Of a DNA stretch of 64,000 nucleotides, positions 38,551 to 48,300 are shown piece after piece (the first letter of the stretch is position 1; each line of letters opens with the position of its first letter). Origin of the DNA: an uncultured Alphaproteobacteria bacterium (GTDB lineage: Bacteria; Pseudomonadota; Alphaproteobacteria; RF32; CAG-239); NCBI GenBank assembly GCA_934254675.1, contig CAKQLP010000002.1, positions 96,596 through 160,595 on the forward strand, read 5' to 3'. The translations under genes and the position numbers were made by a program. Below the pieces are notes generated by a model. It did not search any database, was not told the origin of the DNA, and worked only from the letters and a program-made list of their open reading frames with translations.

Positions 38551-39012
38551 ATGACGGCAAGAGTTGAAATTTTTACGGACGGAGCTTGTTCCGGTAACCC
38601 CGGAGTGGGCGGTTGGGGCGCAATTTTACGCTATAAGGATATTGAAAAAGAGTTAAGCGGTGGAGAAGAAAACACCACCAACAATCGTATGGAACTGATG
38701 GCCGTGATTATGGCGTTGAGCGCGCTTAAAACCAATTGCAATATTTCACTCTATACCGACAGCAAATATGTGATGAACGGCATTACCGAATGGTTGGCAA
38801 ATTGGAAACGCAATAATTGGCGTACGGCTAATAAAAAGCAAGAGGTTAAAAATGTGGATTTGTGGCAACGATTGGATGAACTGACGCAACAGCATGAAAT
38901 TCGCTGGCTGTGGGTGAAAGGACATAACGGTCATCCCGAAAACGAACGTTGTGATGCGCTTGCCCGCGGTGAAGTCGCAAAAATTAAAGATAAGTCAAGC
39001 AACGATATATAA
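38551..39012 (+). CDS. rnhA: ribonuclease HI
   Basis: [45 protein letters not shown] catalytic DEDD residues. Confidence 0.96.
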   Translation: MTARVEIFTDGACSGNPGVGGWGAILRYKDIEKELSGGEENTTNNRMELMAVIMALSALKTNCNISLYTDSKYVMNGITEWLANWKRNNWRTANKKQEVKNVDLWQRLDELTQQHEIRWLWVKGHNGHPENERCDALARGEVAKIKDKSSNDI

Positions 39013-39040
39013 AAATTTGCATTATTTAATATTTGAATGG

Positions 39041-39069
39041 TTGACAAAAAAACATTCTGGCGTTAATAT
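39041..39069 (+). promoter_or_regulatory. sigma70-like promoter of a small transcription unit
   Basis: TTGACA (39041-39046), 17-nt spacer, TAATAT (39064-39069). Confidence 0.6.
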
Positions 39070-39106
39070 ATACTTGTTTTATAAATAATTTAAATATTTT
39101 TGTGCT

Positions 39107-39223
39107 ATGGCAACTGTTGTTTCCGTTGTAGAGTCTGTTTTGGCTCTTGCTATACTGATTGTCTGTGGTATTGCAGCCATTTGGTTTATGTTAAAGAAAA
39201 AACACATCAAAAAAATGATGTGA
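39107..39223 (+). CDS. candidate 38-aa hydrophobic peptide (MATVVSVVESVLALAILIVCGIAAIWFMLKKKHIKKMM)
   Basis: My own translation. One TM helix plus a basic tail, bounded by the promoter and a strong terminator. No SD, so it may instead be an sRNA. Confidence 0.4.
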   Translation: MATVVSVVESVLALAILIVCGIAAIWFMLKKKHIKKMM

Positions 39224-39240
39224 GACAACATGCTAAGAAA

Positions 39241-39279
39241 ACGAGATTTTTGACTGATGGTCAAAAACCTCGTTTTTTT
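39241..39279 (+). terminator. intrinsic terminator of the small unit
   Basis: ACGAGATTTTTGAC / GTCAAAAACCTCGT (13 of 14 bp) followed by TTTTTTT. Confidence 0.85.
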
Positions 39280-39378
39280 GTGTTGATAATATTAAGAATA
39301 AATTTAGACGACAAAATTAATTTTTGTAAAATATTTTGAAACAAAAATTGGTCTTTTTTTAACAAATTAAAATAATAT

Positions 39379-39407
39379 TTGACATAAATTGCAAAGTTTT
39401 ATAGCTT
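39379..39407 (+). promoter_or_regulatory. candidate promoter of the pilin-4 leader
   Basis: TTGACA (39379-39384), 17-nt spacer, TAGCTT (alternative -10 TATAGC with a 15-nt spacer). Confidence 0.45.
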
Positions 39408-39412
39408 TATCT

Positions 39413-39632
39413 CTAGATAAAGGAGGCTTTATCTAGGGCGTCGAAAACCCTTTCAAATAATAACTAGTCGCTTTTGAGCATAAGCGACTTTAAATAGTTT
39501 ATGCCGACTTCTGTTCTGTTGGACGGATGTCGGCTGAATAAGGCTATATGCTGAATAAGCCGAGCTGTTTTATATTTAGTTATTATTTGAACGGTTTTCG
39601 AACATCCGCCCGCTTAAAGCGGGTTTTGTTTT
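39413..39632 (+). ncRNA. unclassified hairpin-rich leader or sRNA ending in an intrinsic terminator, directly upstream of pilin-like gene 4
   Basis: Perfect hairpins CTAGATAAAG-GAGG-CTTTATCTAG (39413-39436) and AGTCGCTT-N8-AAGCGACT (39466-39489), plus GCCGAC...GTCGGC (39503-39534). Direct repeat CTGAATAAG x2. Terminator CCCGC-TTAAA-GCGGG followed by TTTTGTTTT (39609-39632). Confidence 0.5.
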
Positions 39633-39658
39633 GTATAACAATAAACGGAGTTGGAAAC

Positions 39659-40468
39659 ATGTTCAATAATTTGAAAAGAAAAATAATGTTTTGCTTAGAT
39701 AAAGTCATTTTCGGCTTTATTCCGAGAATCCACTTGAAACATCATGCTTTATGCTGTCATTATCGGGCTTGTCCCGATAATCTAGATCCTCGGGTCAAGC
39801 CCGAGGATGACAAGAGGTTGGTCAAGCCCGAGGATGACTATAAAATAGCGCAGTGCGGTCGTTCTATGATTGAAATGCTGGGTGTGCTCGCCATTATCGG
39901 TGTCCTGTCCGTCGGAGGTATTGCCGGTTATTCCAGCGCCATGGAAAAATGGAAATTAAATGAAACATTGGTTGGGTATAATCATTTGATGTACGGTCTT
40001 TTAGAGTATGAGGTTTCTTTAAGAACTTTGGAATCCGGCAGTGGATATTATTTATTAGAAGATGTTATTTCCAGCTTAAATCTATTGCCGGAAAATTGGA
40101 AAAATACTGGCGGCTTTATATATGATCCTGCGGGAAACCGCTTTCGCCCGTTTATTCGTCATAACCGTTTTGTTTTTGATGTATATATAGGAAATACGAA
40201 AAAAGTTGAAGATAAAAGAGTTCAAGATGCGTTTTCATATAAAATGTGCTTAAACCTTATGAGTAACTTGCTCAAACCGATGCATAATCTGATTTATATG
40301 ACAGGTATTTATAGAGACAGCGGTTATAATAAATATCTGTATGGGGATTCATCTTGTGATAATGAAGGACAAAAATGCTTGAGCGACGCAACATTGTCTG
40401 ATATGCAAAATATATGTAACTCTTGTGTGCTGAATGAAGAGTTTTGCATATTCCTTATAGAATTCTAA
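39659..40468 (+). CDS. type IV pilin-like paralog 4 (67-codon leader, no CT tract)
   Basis: GGAG lies 8 nt before ATG 39659. QCG-RSMIEMLGVLAIIGVLSVGGIAGY motif and a divergent Cys-containing C-terminal domain. The track ORF start at 39548 runs through the leader terminator and is rejected. Confidence 0.8.
   Translation: MFNNLKRKIMFCLDKVIFGFIPRIHLKHHALCCHYRACPDNLDPRVKPEDDKRLVKPEDDYKIAQCGRSMIEMLGVLAIIGVLSVGGIAGYSSAMEKWKLNETLVGYNHLMYGLLEYEVSLRTLESGSGYYLLEDVISSLNLLPENWKNTGGFIYDPAGNRFRPFIRHNRFVFDVYIGNTKKVEDKRVQDAFSYKMCLNLMSNLLKPMHNLIYMTGIYRDSGYNKYLYGDSSCDNEGQKCLSDATLSDMQNICNSCVLNEEFCIFLIEF
39707..39838. repeat. palindromic modules in the leader of pilin-like gene 4
   Basis: Degenerate ATTTTCGGC-TTTAT-TCCGAGAAT (39707-39729), ATTATCGGG-CTTGT-CCCGATAAT (39759-39781), ATCCTCGGG-TCAAG-CCCGAGGAT (39786-39808), half copy GTCAAGCCCGAGGATGAC (39820-39838). 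Confidence 0.9.
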
Positions 40469-40567
40469 AAATATAAAACCTGTGCAAAAGTTACAGAGAA
40501 TGTGTACTTTTGTTTACTTTTTGTTAAGATATACTTGTTTTAAGTACTTTTTTACAAGGAGCGTAAA

Positions 40568-41023
40568 ATGAAAAAAATTTTAGGAACAATGGCAGTTTTA
40601 TCTGTTGTATGTTTGGCTGGTACCGCTCACGCTGTTGACAGCACCGGCGGTTGCGGTTTGGGCTCTATGGCTTGGCGCGGTCAAAGCGGTGTAATTCCTC
40701 AGTCTTTGGCTATGACCACCAACTCTTGGTTTTCTAACACTATTGGTGTGACGATGGGAACTTCCGGCTGTGACCCTAACGGTCGTGTAACCGGCGGTAC
40801 GGGTCGTATGACTTTGGCATTTTTGCAAGACAATATGGAACAGTTTGCAATGGACGCAGCGGCAGGACGTGGCGAAACCATTGAAACTTTGGCCGGTATC
40901 TTAGACATGGATAGTGAAACTTTGGGTAAAGAAGTTCAACAAAACTTTGCTTATATTTTCCCTAACGATAATGTAGAAGCTGCTGATGTGGCTTTGAAAG
41001 TTATGGAAATTGCCAAGGCTTAA
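40568..41023 (+). CDS. secreted DUF3015-like protein
   Basis: Signal peptide followed by the GGCGLGSM motif. About 150 aa. Family assignment is from memory. Confidence 0.55.
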   Translation: MKKILGTMAVLSVVCLAGTAHAVDSTGGCGLGSMAWRGQSGVIPQSLAMTTNSWFSNTIGVTMGTSGCDPNGRVTGGTGRMTLAFLQDNMEQFAMDAAAGRGETIETLAGILDMDSETLGKEVQQNFAYIFPNDNVEAADVALKVMEIAKA

Positions 41024-41096
41024 TTGCTGAAATAAGGGAAAGCCGCTCTGTTGCCGTAAATAATTTTTTTGAGGGTAGAGGGCGGCTTTTTTATTT

Positions 41097-42896
41097 GTGC
41101 GTATGCGGAAAATTCTGATTTTTTTTAGTGCTTTATTGTGGTGCGGCGCGGCTATGGCTGTGGAAAGTCCGGCGTATGATGTGTCGTGGCTGAAGTTGTT
41201 GCATTATCATAAAACGCTTAACGGTTACCAGGGTTTAGTGGAAAATCAGGAATTTTATATAAGTTCGGACGGGCGAAACAATCCGCAAGCGGAATTTGCG
41301 GCAGAAATAGAAGCTTTTTCTAAAGGTGAAGAAAAGTGCCGCTTTCCGGCAAGATTTAACTATCTGAAACAGCTAAAAAAAGTGCAGGGTGATTTAAGCG
41401 GGTGCAAGGATTATCAGCAATTTATGCACGACGTGCGTCCGAATGGTATCACGATTTTGTTTACCAACGCGTATATGAGCAATCCGGCTTCGTTGTTTGG
41501 GCATACGTTGGTGCGTATAGACACAGCGCGCAAGGGAACGCAAATGTTGGCGCATGGCTCAAATTTTGGAGCGGATTCCGGAACGGAATATGGCGTGATG
41601 TTTGCGCTCAAAGGTTTGTTCGGCGGATATCTTGGGGTATATAGCGTCAGCCCATATTGGGAAATAATAAACACTTATAATAATATTGAAAATAGAGATA
41701 TTTGGGAATACAATCTTAATTTAACAGATGAAGAAAAACAGAAATTTGTTGACCATCTGTATGAAATGCGTCAAGCCAAAATCCGCTATTATTTTTTGAG
41801 TAAAAATTGCTCGTATATGATTTTGGAGTTGCTGGAGGCGGTGCGTCCGAGTTTAGAGCTGACTAAGCAATATCCGGCGTGGGTGATTCCGTTGGATACG
41901 CTAAAAACCATTAATAATGAGCCGAATTTGGTTAAGTCGCAAAACTATCGTCCGGCGCGTTATACGCAGATTCAAAAATTGTTAAAGGCAATGAATAATG
42001 CGCAATATCAGGCGTTTTTACACGGTGTAGAAGAACATGATTTTACGGCGGAAAATCTGACTGATGACGAAAAATCAGAAGTTTATGAAGCAGTTTATCA
42101 GTATTTTCAATATGAATACACCGCCGGAAACATGCCGCTGAAAGATTATCGAAAAGCCAGTTTCGGCGTGTTGCGTAAACGCAGTGCCCTGCCGATTGTT
42201 GAAAAAGCTAAGCCGGTTGGGGAAAATCCGGCCTTATCGCATGATTCTATGCAAATATCATTCAGCGGCGGAGCAGAACGCCACAAAAGTTTTGAAGAAG
42301 TTGAAATTCGTCCCGCTTATACCGCTTTAACCGACAGTAGTTTCGGGTTGGTTAAAGGGGCGGAAATCAGCGTGATGTCCAGCAAATGGCGGTATTATAA
42401 TCAATCTCACAAAACTGTTTTGCAAAATTTTGCACCGATAAAAATTAAATCATTAGTGCCGGCGGGCAGGGTGTTTAATCCGATTTCCTATGCGGTCGGT
42501 GCGGAAATTAAACGCGACTATAATCCGCAGAATTATGATGAAGGTTATATTGGTTACGGCTATGGCGGAGTGGGTAAAACCATTGTTTTGCCGGCAGATA
42601 TTTGGCTTTATAGTTTGTTGAAAATCAATGGTGCGTACGGCGGTTTTATTCCGCATAACAGTTGGGGCGGATTGGCTCCGGAAATCGGCGTTTTGAAAGA
42701 TTTTGGCGTGGTGCGGCTGCATTTTAACGCCGAAAAAACTTGGGCAACCCGCAAATTTGGCGACAGATTGGTTTACAAAGCCGCCGCGGCGTTGGGTTTG
42801 ACCGATAATTTGTCACTGGAAATCGGCTATGAAGGCAGTCATAACATCGGCCGAAACAGCGAAAGCTGGCAACTTTGGCTACGAAAAAGTTTTTAG
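41097..42896 (+). CDS. DUF4105 (Lnb N-terminal periplasmic domain) family protein
   Basis: Signal peptide (MRKILIFFSALLWCGAAMA) and the SLFGHTLVRI motif typical of DUF4105. Probable start ATG 41103. Confidence 0.65.
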   Translation: MRMRKILIFFSALLWCGAAMAVESPAYDVSWLKLLHYHKTLNGYQGLVENQEFYISSDGRNNPQAEFAAEIEAFSKGEEKCRFPARFNYLKQLKKVQGDLSGCKDYQQFMHDVRPNGITILFTNAYMSNPASLFGHTLVRIDTARKGTQMLAHGSNFGADSGTEYGVMFALKGLFGGYLGVYSVSPYWEIINTYNNIENRDIWEYNLNLTDEEKQKFVDHLYEMRQAKIRYYFLSKNCSYMILELLEAVRPSLELTKQYPAWVIPLDTLKTINNEPNLVKSQNYRPARYTQIQKLLKAMNNAQYQAFLHGVEEHDFTAENLTDDEKSEVYEAVYQYFQYEYTAGNMPLKDYRKASFGVLRKRSALPIVEKAKPVGENPALSHDSMQISFSGGAERHKSFEEVEIRPAYTALTDSSFGLVKGAEISVMSSKWRYYNQSHKTVLQNFAPIKIKSLVPAGRVFNPISYAVGAEIKRDYNPQNYDEGYIGYGYGGVGKTIVLPADIWLYSLLKINGAYGGFIPHNSWGGLAPEIGVLKDFGVVRLHFNAEKTWATRKFGDRLVYKAAAALGLTDNLSLEIGYEGSHNIGRNSESWQLWLRKSF

Positions 42897-42965
42897 AGAA
42901 AAATATTAAATTTTAGCCGGTTTGATTGTTTTAGCGGTATTCGTTACAGCGCTAATTTATATTAT

Positions 42966-43145
42966 ATGCTTATAGCTTTCATTCTTAACCATACTTTAAA
43001 TGTCATTATCGGGCTTGTCCCGATAATCTGGATCCTCGAGTCAAACCCGAGGATGACAATAGGAAGAGGATGTGCGCCATACCCGAGGATGACAATATTA
43101 AAGGGGCATGTGTTAAGTCCGAGGATGACGAGAGTAGTGATGTAA
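42966..43145 (+). pseudogene. orphan pilin-leader remnant: palindromic-module cluster without a pilin body
   Basis: 59-codon ORF MLIAFILNHTLNVI... matches the leader segment SVILNHTLNV of locus 3. Modules are ATTATCGGG-CTTGT-CCCGATAAT (43005-43027), ATCCTCGAG-TCAAA-CCCGAGGAT (43032-43054), and two half copies ending GAGGATGAC. No GRSMIEM helix follows. Confidence 0.6.
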
Positions 43146-43226
43146 GCACAAGCATTTTTGAACACACCTAAAATAGGTGCGGTTTTTCCCTTTCCCAATA
43201 ATGAGAATATGTATTATTTATAATCT

Positions 43227-45308
43227 TTACCCAGCTGAATAAGTCTTTATAGCCTCATCACGTTCAAAAAGATACATTAAAGTGCGGAGGGCAGTGCCAC
43301 GCGTGGTTGACAAGTTTTTGTCCTGATTGAGAATTAATGCGGCATCTTTGGCGGCAGTTAAAAGCAAGTCGCCGTGCACACTTAAATCTGCCACTTTAAA
43401 GCTACTGAAACCGGATTGCCGCGTTCCTAAAACTTCTCCGCCACCGCGTAGTTTCAAATCTTCTTCAGCAATTAAAAAGCCGTTTTCGGTTTGTTTCATA
43501 ATATTCAGGCGAGAGCGTGAAACTTCGCTAAGCGGATAGCCATACATCAAAATACAGCTCGAGGCTTCAAAACCGCGCTTAATGCGACCGCGCAGTTGGT
43601 GCAGTTGCGCCAGTCCAAAGCGTTGGGCGTGTTCAATAATCATAATGGTGGCGTTTGGCACATTTACACCGACTTCTATCACGGTGGTGGAAACCAAAAG
43701 CTTTAATTTACCGCTCTTAAATTGTTCCATAACCGCGTTCTTTTCACTTTCTTTCATCTTTCCATGCACCAAGCCAACCATATTGCCAAATTCCTGACGT
43801 AAGCTTTCATAGCGTTCTTTGGCGGCGGAAAGGTCAATTTTTTCCGACTCTTCCACCAGCGGACAAACCCAATAAGCCTGTGTTTGAGTTTGCAATTTGC
43901 GTTTCAGGGCGTCAATCACTTCGTGAATTTTACTAAGCGGCATAACCGTGGTGGTGACAGGTTTGCGTCCGGCCGGAAGTTCATCTATTTGCGAATAGTC
44001 CATATCTCCGAATTGGGTTAAGACTAAAGTTCTCGGTATCGGTGTGGCGGTCATCACTAAGACATCACAAGATTTACCTTTTTGCGAAAGGCTAAGGCGT
44101 TGTTTGACCCCGAAACGATGTTGTTCGTCAACCACAGCGTAGGCTAAATCTTTGAAAGTCACATCTTCCGTAAACAAAGCGTGAGTGCCGATTAAAATAT
44201 CTATTTCACCATTTTGCAAAGCGTCTAAAATTTGTTGGCGAGATTTTCCCTTAATATTGCCGGTCAGCAATGCTGTTTTTACACCGATTTGCGAACATAA
44301 ATCGGCAATGGTTTCATAGTGCTGTTGGGCTAAAATTTCAGTTGGAGCCATAATGGCCGCTTGCGCGCCGCATTCAACGGCGTTAAGCATTGTATAAAGT
44401 GCGACAATGGTTTTGCCGGAACCGACATCTCCCTGTAACAAGCGTAACATTCTGTATTCGGAAAACATATCGCTTTCAATTTCGGCTATAACTCGTTGTT
44501 GAGCCGAGGTTAATTGAAAAGGCAGAATTTTCGCCAAGCGTTTTTTTAAATGTCCGTCGCCTTGCAAGGCTCGTCCTTTTTGATGTTTCAAACGTTCACG
44601 CACAATGGCGAGTGAAAGCTGATTGGCCAACAGTTCATCATAAGCCAAACGGCGGCGCGCGGTTGAATTTGGCGATAAATCGTCCAAAGTTTGAGGGTGA
44701 TGAACTTGCTCTAAGGCTTTGTTGAAGCTTGGAAAATTCTGTTGCTTCAAAAACTCGGGGTTCAGCCATTCGTTCAGCGGCGGTGTCAAGCCTAGAGCTT
44801 GCGTCATCAGCTTGTTCAGCATTTTGTTGGTAACGCCGGCGGTCAGCGGATATACGGTTTCTATTTGCGGCATTTGCAGAGGTTTGGCGGCGTCCACCAC
44901 ATAGTCGGGGTGCGGCATTTGCCAGCTGTTGTTAAAGCGTTCCAACTTACCGGAAATAATTTTTTCGGCACCAACCGGAAAAATGCGAGTCAGCGTGTCG
45001 CCGTAAGTTTTGAAAAAAATCAAAATCAGTTGCTCTGTACCATCGTCAACGGCAATGCGATAGGGCTGTTTGCGGGTTTGCGGCGCTTTATGCTCTATAA
45101 CGCGCACTTTACCCGTCCAAATATGTCCTTCAACGGCGGAAATTAAAGGCAGATTACAGCGGCGGTCGATTATTCCCGATGGTAAATGCCACAGCAAATC
45201 AACCACGCGTTCACCGCATAAATTCGCCACAAGTTTGGCATATTTATCTCCCACACCGTTTAGGGTGGTGATAGGGGCAAAAAGCGGATATAAAATGGTC
45301 GGTCGCAT
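43227..45308 (-). CDS. recG: ATP-dependent DNA helicase RecG
   Basis: 693 aa from ATG 45308 (MRPTILYPLF...). Wedge domain, Walker A GDVGSGKT, DEQHRFG, TATPIPRT, QLHQLRGR. The track ORF extension to 45845 overlaps mfd and is rejected. Confidence 0.95.
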   Translation of the reverse strand: MRPTILYPLFAPITTLNGVGDKYAKLVANLCGERVVDLLWHLPSGIIDRRCNLPLISAVEGHIWTGKVRVIEHKAPQTRKQPYRIAVDDGTEQLILIFFKTYGDTLTRIFPVGAEKIISGKLERFNNSWQMPHPDYVVDAAKPLQMPQIETVYPLTAGVTNKMLNKLMTQALGLTPPLNEWLNPEFLKQQNFPSFNKALEQVHHPQTLDDLSPNSTARRRLAYDELLANQLSLAIVRERLKHQKGRALQGDGHLKKRLAKILPFQLTSAQQRVIAEIESDMFSEYRMLRLLQGDVGSGKTIVALYTMLNAVECGAQAAIMAPTEILAQQHYETIADLCSQIGVKTALLTGNIKGKSRQQILDALQNGEIDILIGTHALFTEDVTFKDLAYAVVDEQHRFGVKQRLSLSQKGKSCDVLVMTATPIPRTLVLTQFGDMDYSQIDELPAGRKPVTTTVMPLSKIHEVIDALKRKLQTQTQAYWVCPLVEESEKIDLSAAKERYESLRQEFGNMVGLVHGKMKESEKNAVMEQFKSGKLKLLVSTTVIEVGVNVPNATIMIIEHAQRFGLAQLHQLRGRIKRGFEASSCILMYGYPLSEVSRSRLNIMKQTENGFLIAEEDLKLRGGGEVLGTRQSGFSSFKVADLSVHGDLLLTAAKDAALILNQDKNLSTTRGTALRTLMYLFERDEAIKTYSAG

Positions 45309-45383
45309 TGTGAATTTGTCTTTTTTTTGTTGCGTTAATGGCTGTATTGTATATATTTTATAACAAAATGTAAACAGGAAAGC

Positions 45384-48300
45384 GTGATTATGCGTAAAGA
45401 TGTGAATGTTTGGGCGGGGAAGACTGTTTCTTCGGTTGCCGATGGTTATGAATCCTTTGTTTTGGCGCAGATTGCCAATGCGAAAAAGCCGGTTATTTAT
45501 ATTGCAAGCGACGGCGTGAGTTTGGCGCAAACGGCGACAATGTTGCGTTTTTTGCATCCGGAATATGAAGTTTTGGAATTTCCGGCTTGGGATACGGTGC
45601 CTTATGACCGTGTTTCGCCAAACAGCGCGCTTTCGGCCAAGCGTATTGAAACTTTGGCGAAAATTGTCTTTTATGACGGAAAAACGCCTTTGGTCGTGGT
45701 TACCTCGGTTGGGGCCGTGTTGCAAAAACTTGCGCCGGCAAAAATTTTTCGCAACGCCCGCAAATTGGTGAAAGTTGGCGAAAAATTGGATTTTGACAGC
45801 TTTTTGCACTATGTTTCGTTGAATGGATATACTCGGGTGGAACAAGTTATGGAGCCTGGGGAATACGCCGTGCGGGGTGATATTACCGATATTTTTCCGA
45901 GCGGCATGGAAAATCCTTTGCGGATTGATTTGTTTGATGATGAGGTGGAACGATTACGGATTTTTGACGCGGTGAGCCAACGCACTATCGGAGACTTGCA
46001 ACAATATGAATTTCAGGTGGCAAGCGAAGTGCTTTTAGACGCCAACACCATTCGCAATTTCCGTGAACAATATCGAGAGCTTTTTGGGGCCGATGGTTTG
46101 CACGATGAAATATATGAGGCGATTTCCAACGGGCAAAAATATATCGGTATGGAAAATTGGTTGCCGTTGTTTTATAACGATGTTTTGCCGACCTTGTTTG
46201 ATTATTTGCCGAACGCGCAAGTCGTGGCGGGGAAAAATATTGAAGAGTCCTTAAAAGCTAAAACAGAGGGGATTGCCGATTATTACGAAGCTCGTTTAGA
46301 GGCGTTGCAAGTTAAGGGAAAACAGGAAACAGATGCTTATAGGCCGTTGCCTCCGAAAAAACTTTATATGTCGGCAGATGAATTTACAGCCAAGTTGGAA
46401 GACAGACAAGCCGTATATTTTACTCCATTGACGATTGCCGCAAATGATAAAGTTGTGGAACTGAAAACCATTCCGGGGCGAGATTTTGTTCACGCCCGAC
46501 ATATCAGCAACGCCGCTGTTTATGAAGAGTTGCGCGATTATTTGACGGAAAACGGAAAACTTAAAAGAATTGTTTGTTGTTATACCGAGGGTTCGCGAGA
46601 ACGTTTGCGTTCACTGATGACGGATTACGATATTAAAAACACGGCGTTGGTCGATACATGGACAGAAGCTTTACGGGCTTGCGCACAAAAGAAAATTGCT
46701 CTGGTTATGGTTGAGTTGGCGCACGGCTTTAGAGATGATGAATATTGTTTGATATCCGAACAAGATATTTTGGGTGAAAGACAACATCGCAAGGCTAAAA
46801 AAGTTTCTTCCAAAGATTTTATCGCCGATGTGTCGGCTTTGAGCGTGGGCGAATTGGTGGTGCATATTGAGCATGGTATCGGGCGTTTTTTGGGACTGGA
46901 AAATATTATGGCCGGCGGTGCGCCACACGATTGTTTGAAAATTGTGTATGCTCACGATGATAAGCTTTTTGTGCCGGTTGAAAATATTGACGTTATTTCC
47001 CGCTATGGCTCCGATGATGAAAACGTGCAGCTTGATGTGTTGGGCGGGGCGGCTTGGCAAGCTAAAAAAGCTAAAGTAAAGGCAAAAATCAAAGATATTG
47101 CCGAAAAATTGATAAAAATCGCCGCCGAAAGACATCTTAAAACTGCCGATGTGTTTATGGCTCCAAGCGGGGCGTATGATGAATTTTGCGCTAAGTTTCC
47201 ATATAGCGAAACCGACGATCAATTGCACGCCATAAAAGATGTTATTCAAGATTTGAGCGCGGGCGAGCCGATGGACAGACTGGTTTGCGGAGACGTGGGG
47301 TTTGGCAAAACCGAAGTGGCTTTGCGCGCGGCGTTTACCGTGGCAATGTCCGGAGCGCAAGTGGCCTTGATTGTGCCAACGACTTTGCTGGCTCGTCAAC
47401 ATTATTTGAATTTTGTCGAGCGAATGAAGGGGTTTCCAATCCGTGTGCGGATGTTGTCCCGTTTAAGCACGCCGAAAGAAGTACGCGAAACCAAACAGGG
47501 ATTGGCCGAAGGTTCGGTGGAAATTGTGATTGGCACGCACGCCCTGTTGTCCAAAGATGTGCAGTTTTGCAATTTAGGCTTGCTTATTGTGGACGAAGAA
47601 CAGCATTTCGGCGTGGCGCATAAAGAAAAAATTAAGGCGTTGAAATCTGATGTGCATGTTTTAACTTTGAGTGCGACGCCAATTCCGCGGACATTGCAAC
47701 TTTCTCTGACTGGCGTTAAACAACTCAGTATTATAGCCACGCCACCCGTTGATAGACTGGCCGCCCGCACTTTTGTGATGCCTTTTGATAAAGTGATGAT
47801 AAAAGAGGCCATTTACCGAGAAAAATTCCGTGGCGGACAAACGTTTTTTGTGTGCCCGAGAGTGTCGGATATTGCCGATATTTTGGAAACTTTGCAAAAT
47901 TTGGTGCCGGATATCAAAATTGCGGTGGCGCACGGACAAATGCCGGCTAAGCAACTTGAAGACATTATGTGCGATTTTGCCGACGGCAAATACGATGTTT
48001 TACTTTCGACCACCATTATTGAGTCCGGTATTGATATGCCGCGCGTAAACACAATGATTATTCACCGCGCCGATATGTTTGGTTTGGCACAACTTTATCA
48101 ATTGCGCGGACGAGTAGGGCGTTCAAAGGTGCGTGGATATTGCTATTTTACGGTTCCGGCGCGTAAAAAGCTTAATCCGGTGGCAGAAAAACGTTTGAGT
48201 ATTTTGCAGGCTCTGGATACGCTTGGCGCGGGTTTTTCTTTGGCTAGTCACGATTTGGATATCCGCGGTTCAGGCAATGTGTTGGGAACAGAGCAGTCCG

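Noticed and set aside
39079-39339. 61-aa minus-strand and 79-aa plus-strand ORFs in the 39.0-39.3 kb intergenic region
   Set aside because: Both run through the strong terminator hairpin and lack start context. The 38-codon ORF or sRNA bounded by promoter and terminator explains the region better.
39548-39658. Track ORF start for pilin-like gene 4 at 39548
   Set aside because: That extension reads through the leader hairpins and an intrinsic terminator. ATG 39659 has a GGAG SD at proper spacing.
45309-45845. 179-codon N-terminal extension of the recG ORF in the track (872 aa)
   Set aside because: It runs antisense through the 5' end of mfd and has junk-like composition. RecG homology starts at MRPTILYPLF (ATG 45308), giving the canonical 693 aa.
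46671-47402. 243-aa antisense ORF inside mfd, plus similar ORFs at 52042-52758 in the CNNM gene and 11204-11695 in gyrA
   Set aside because: They lie entirely within and antisense to strongly supported genes and have no motifs or start signals.
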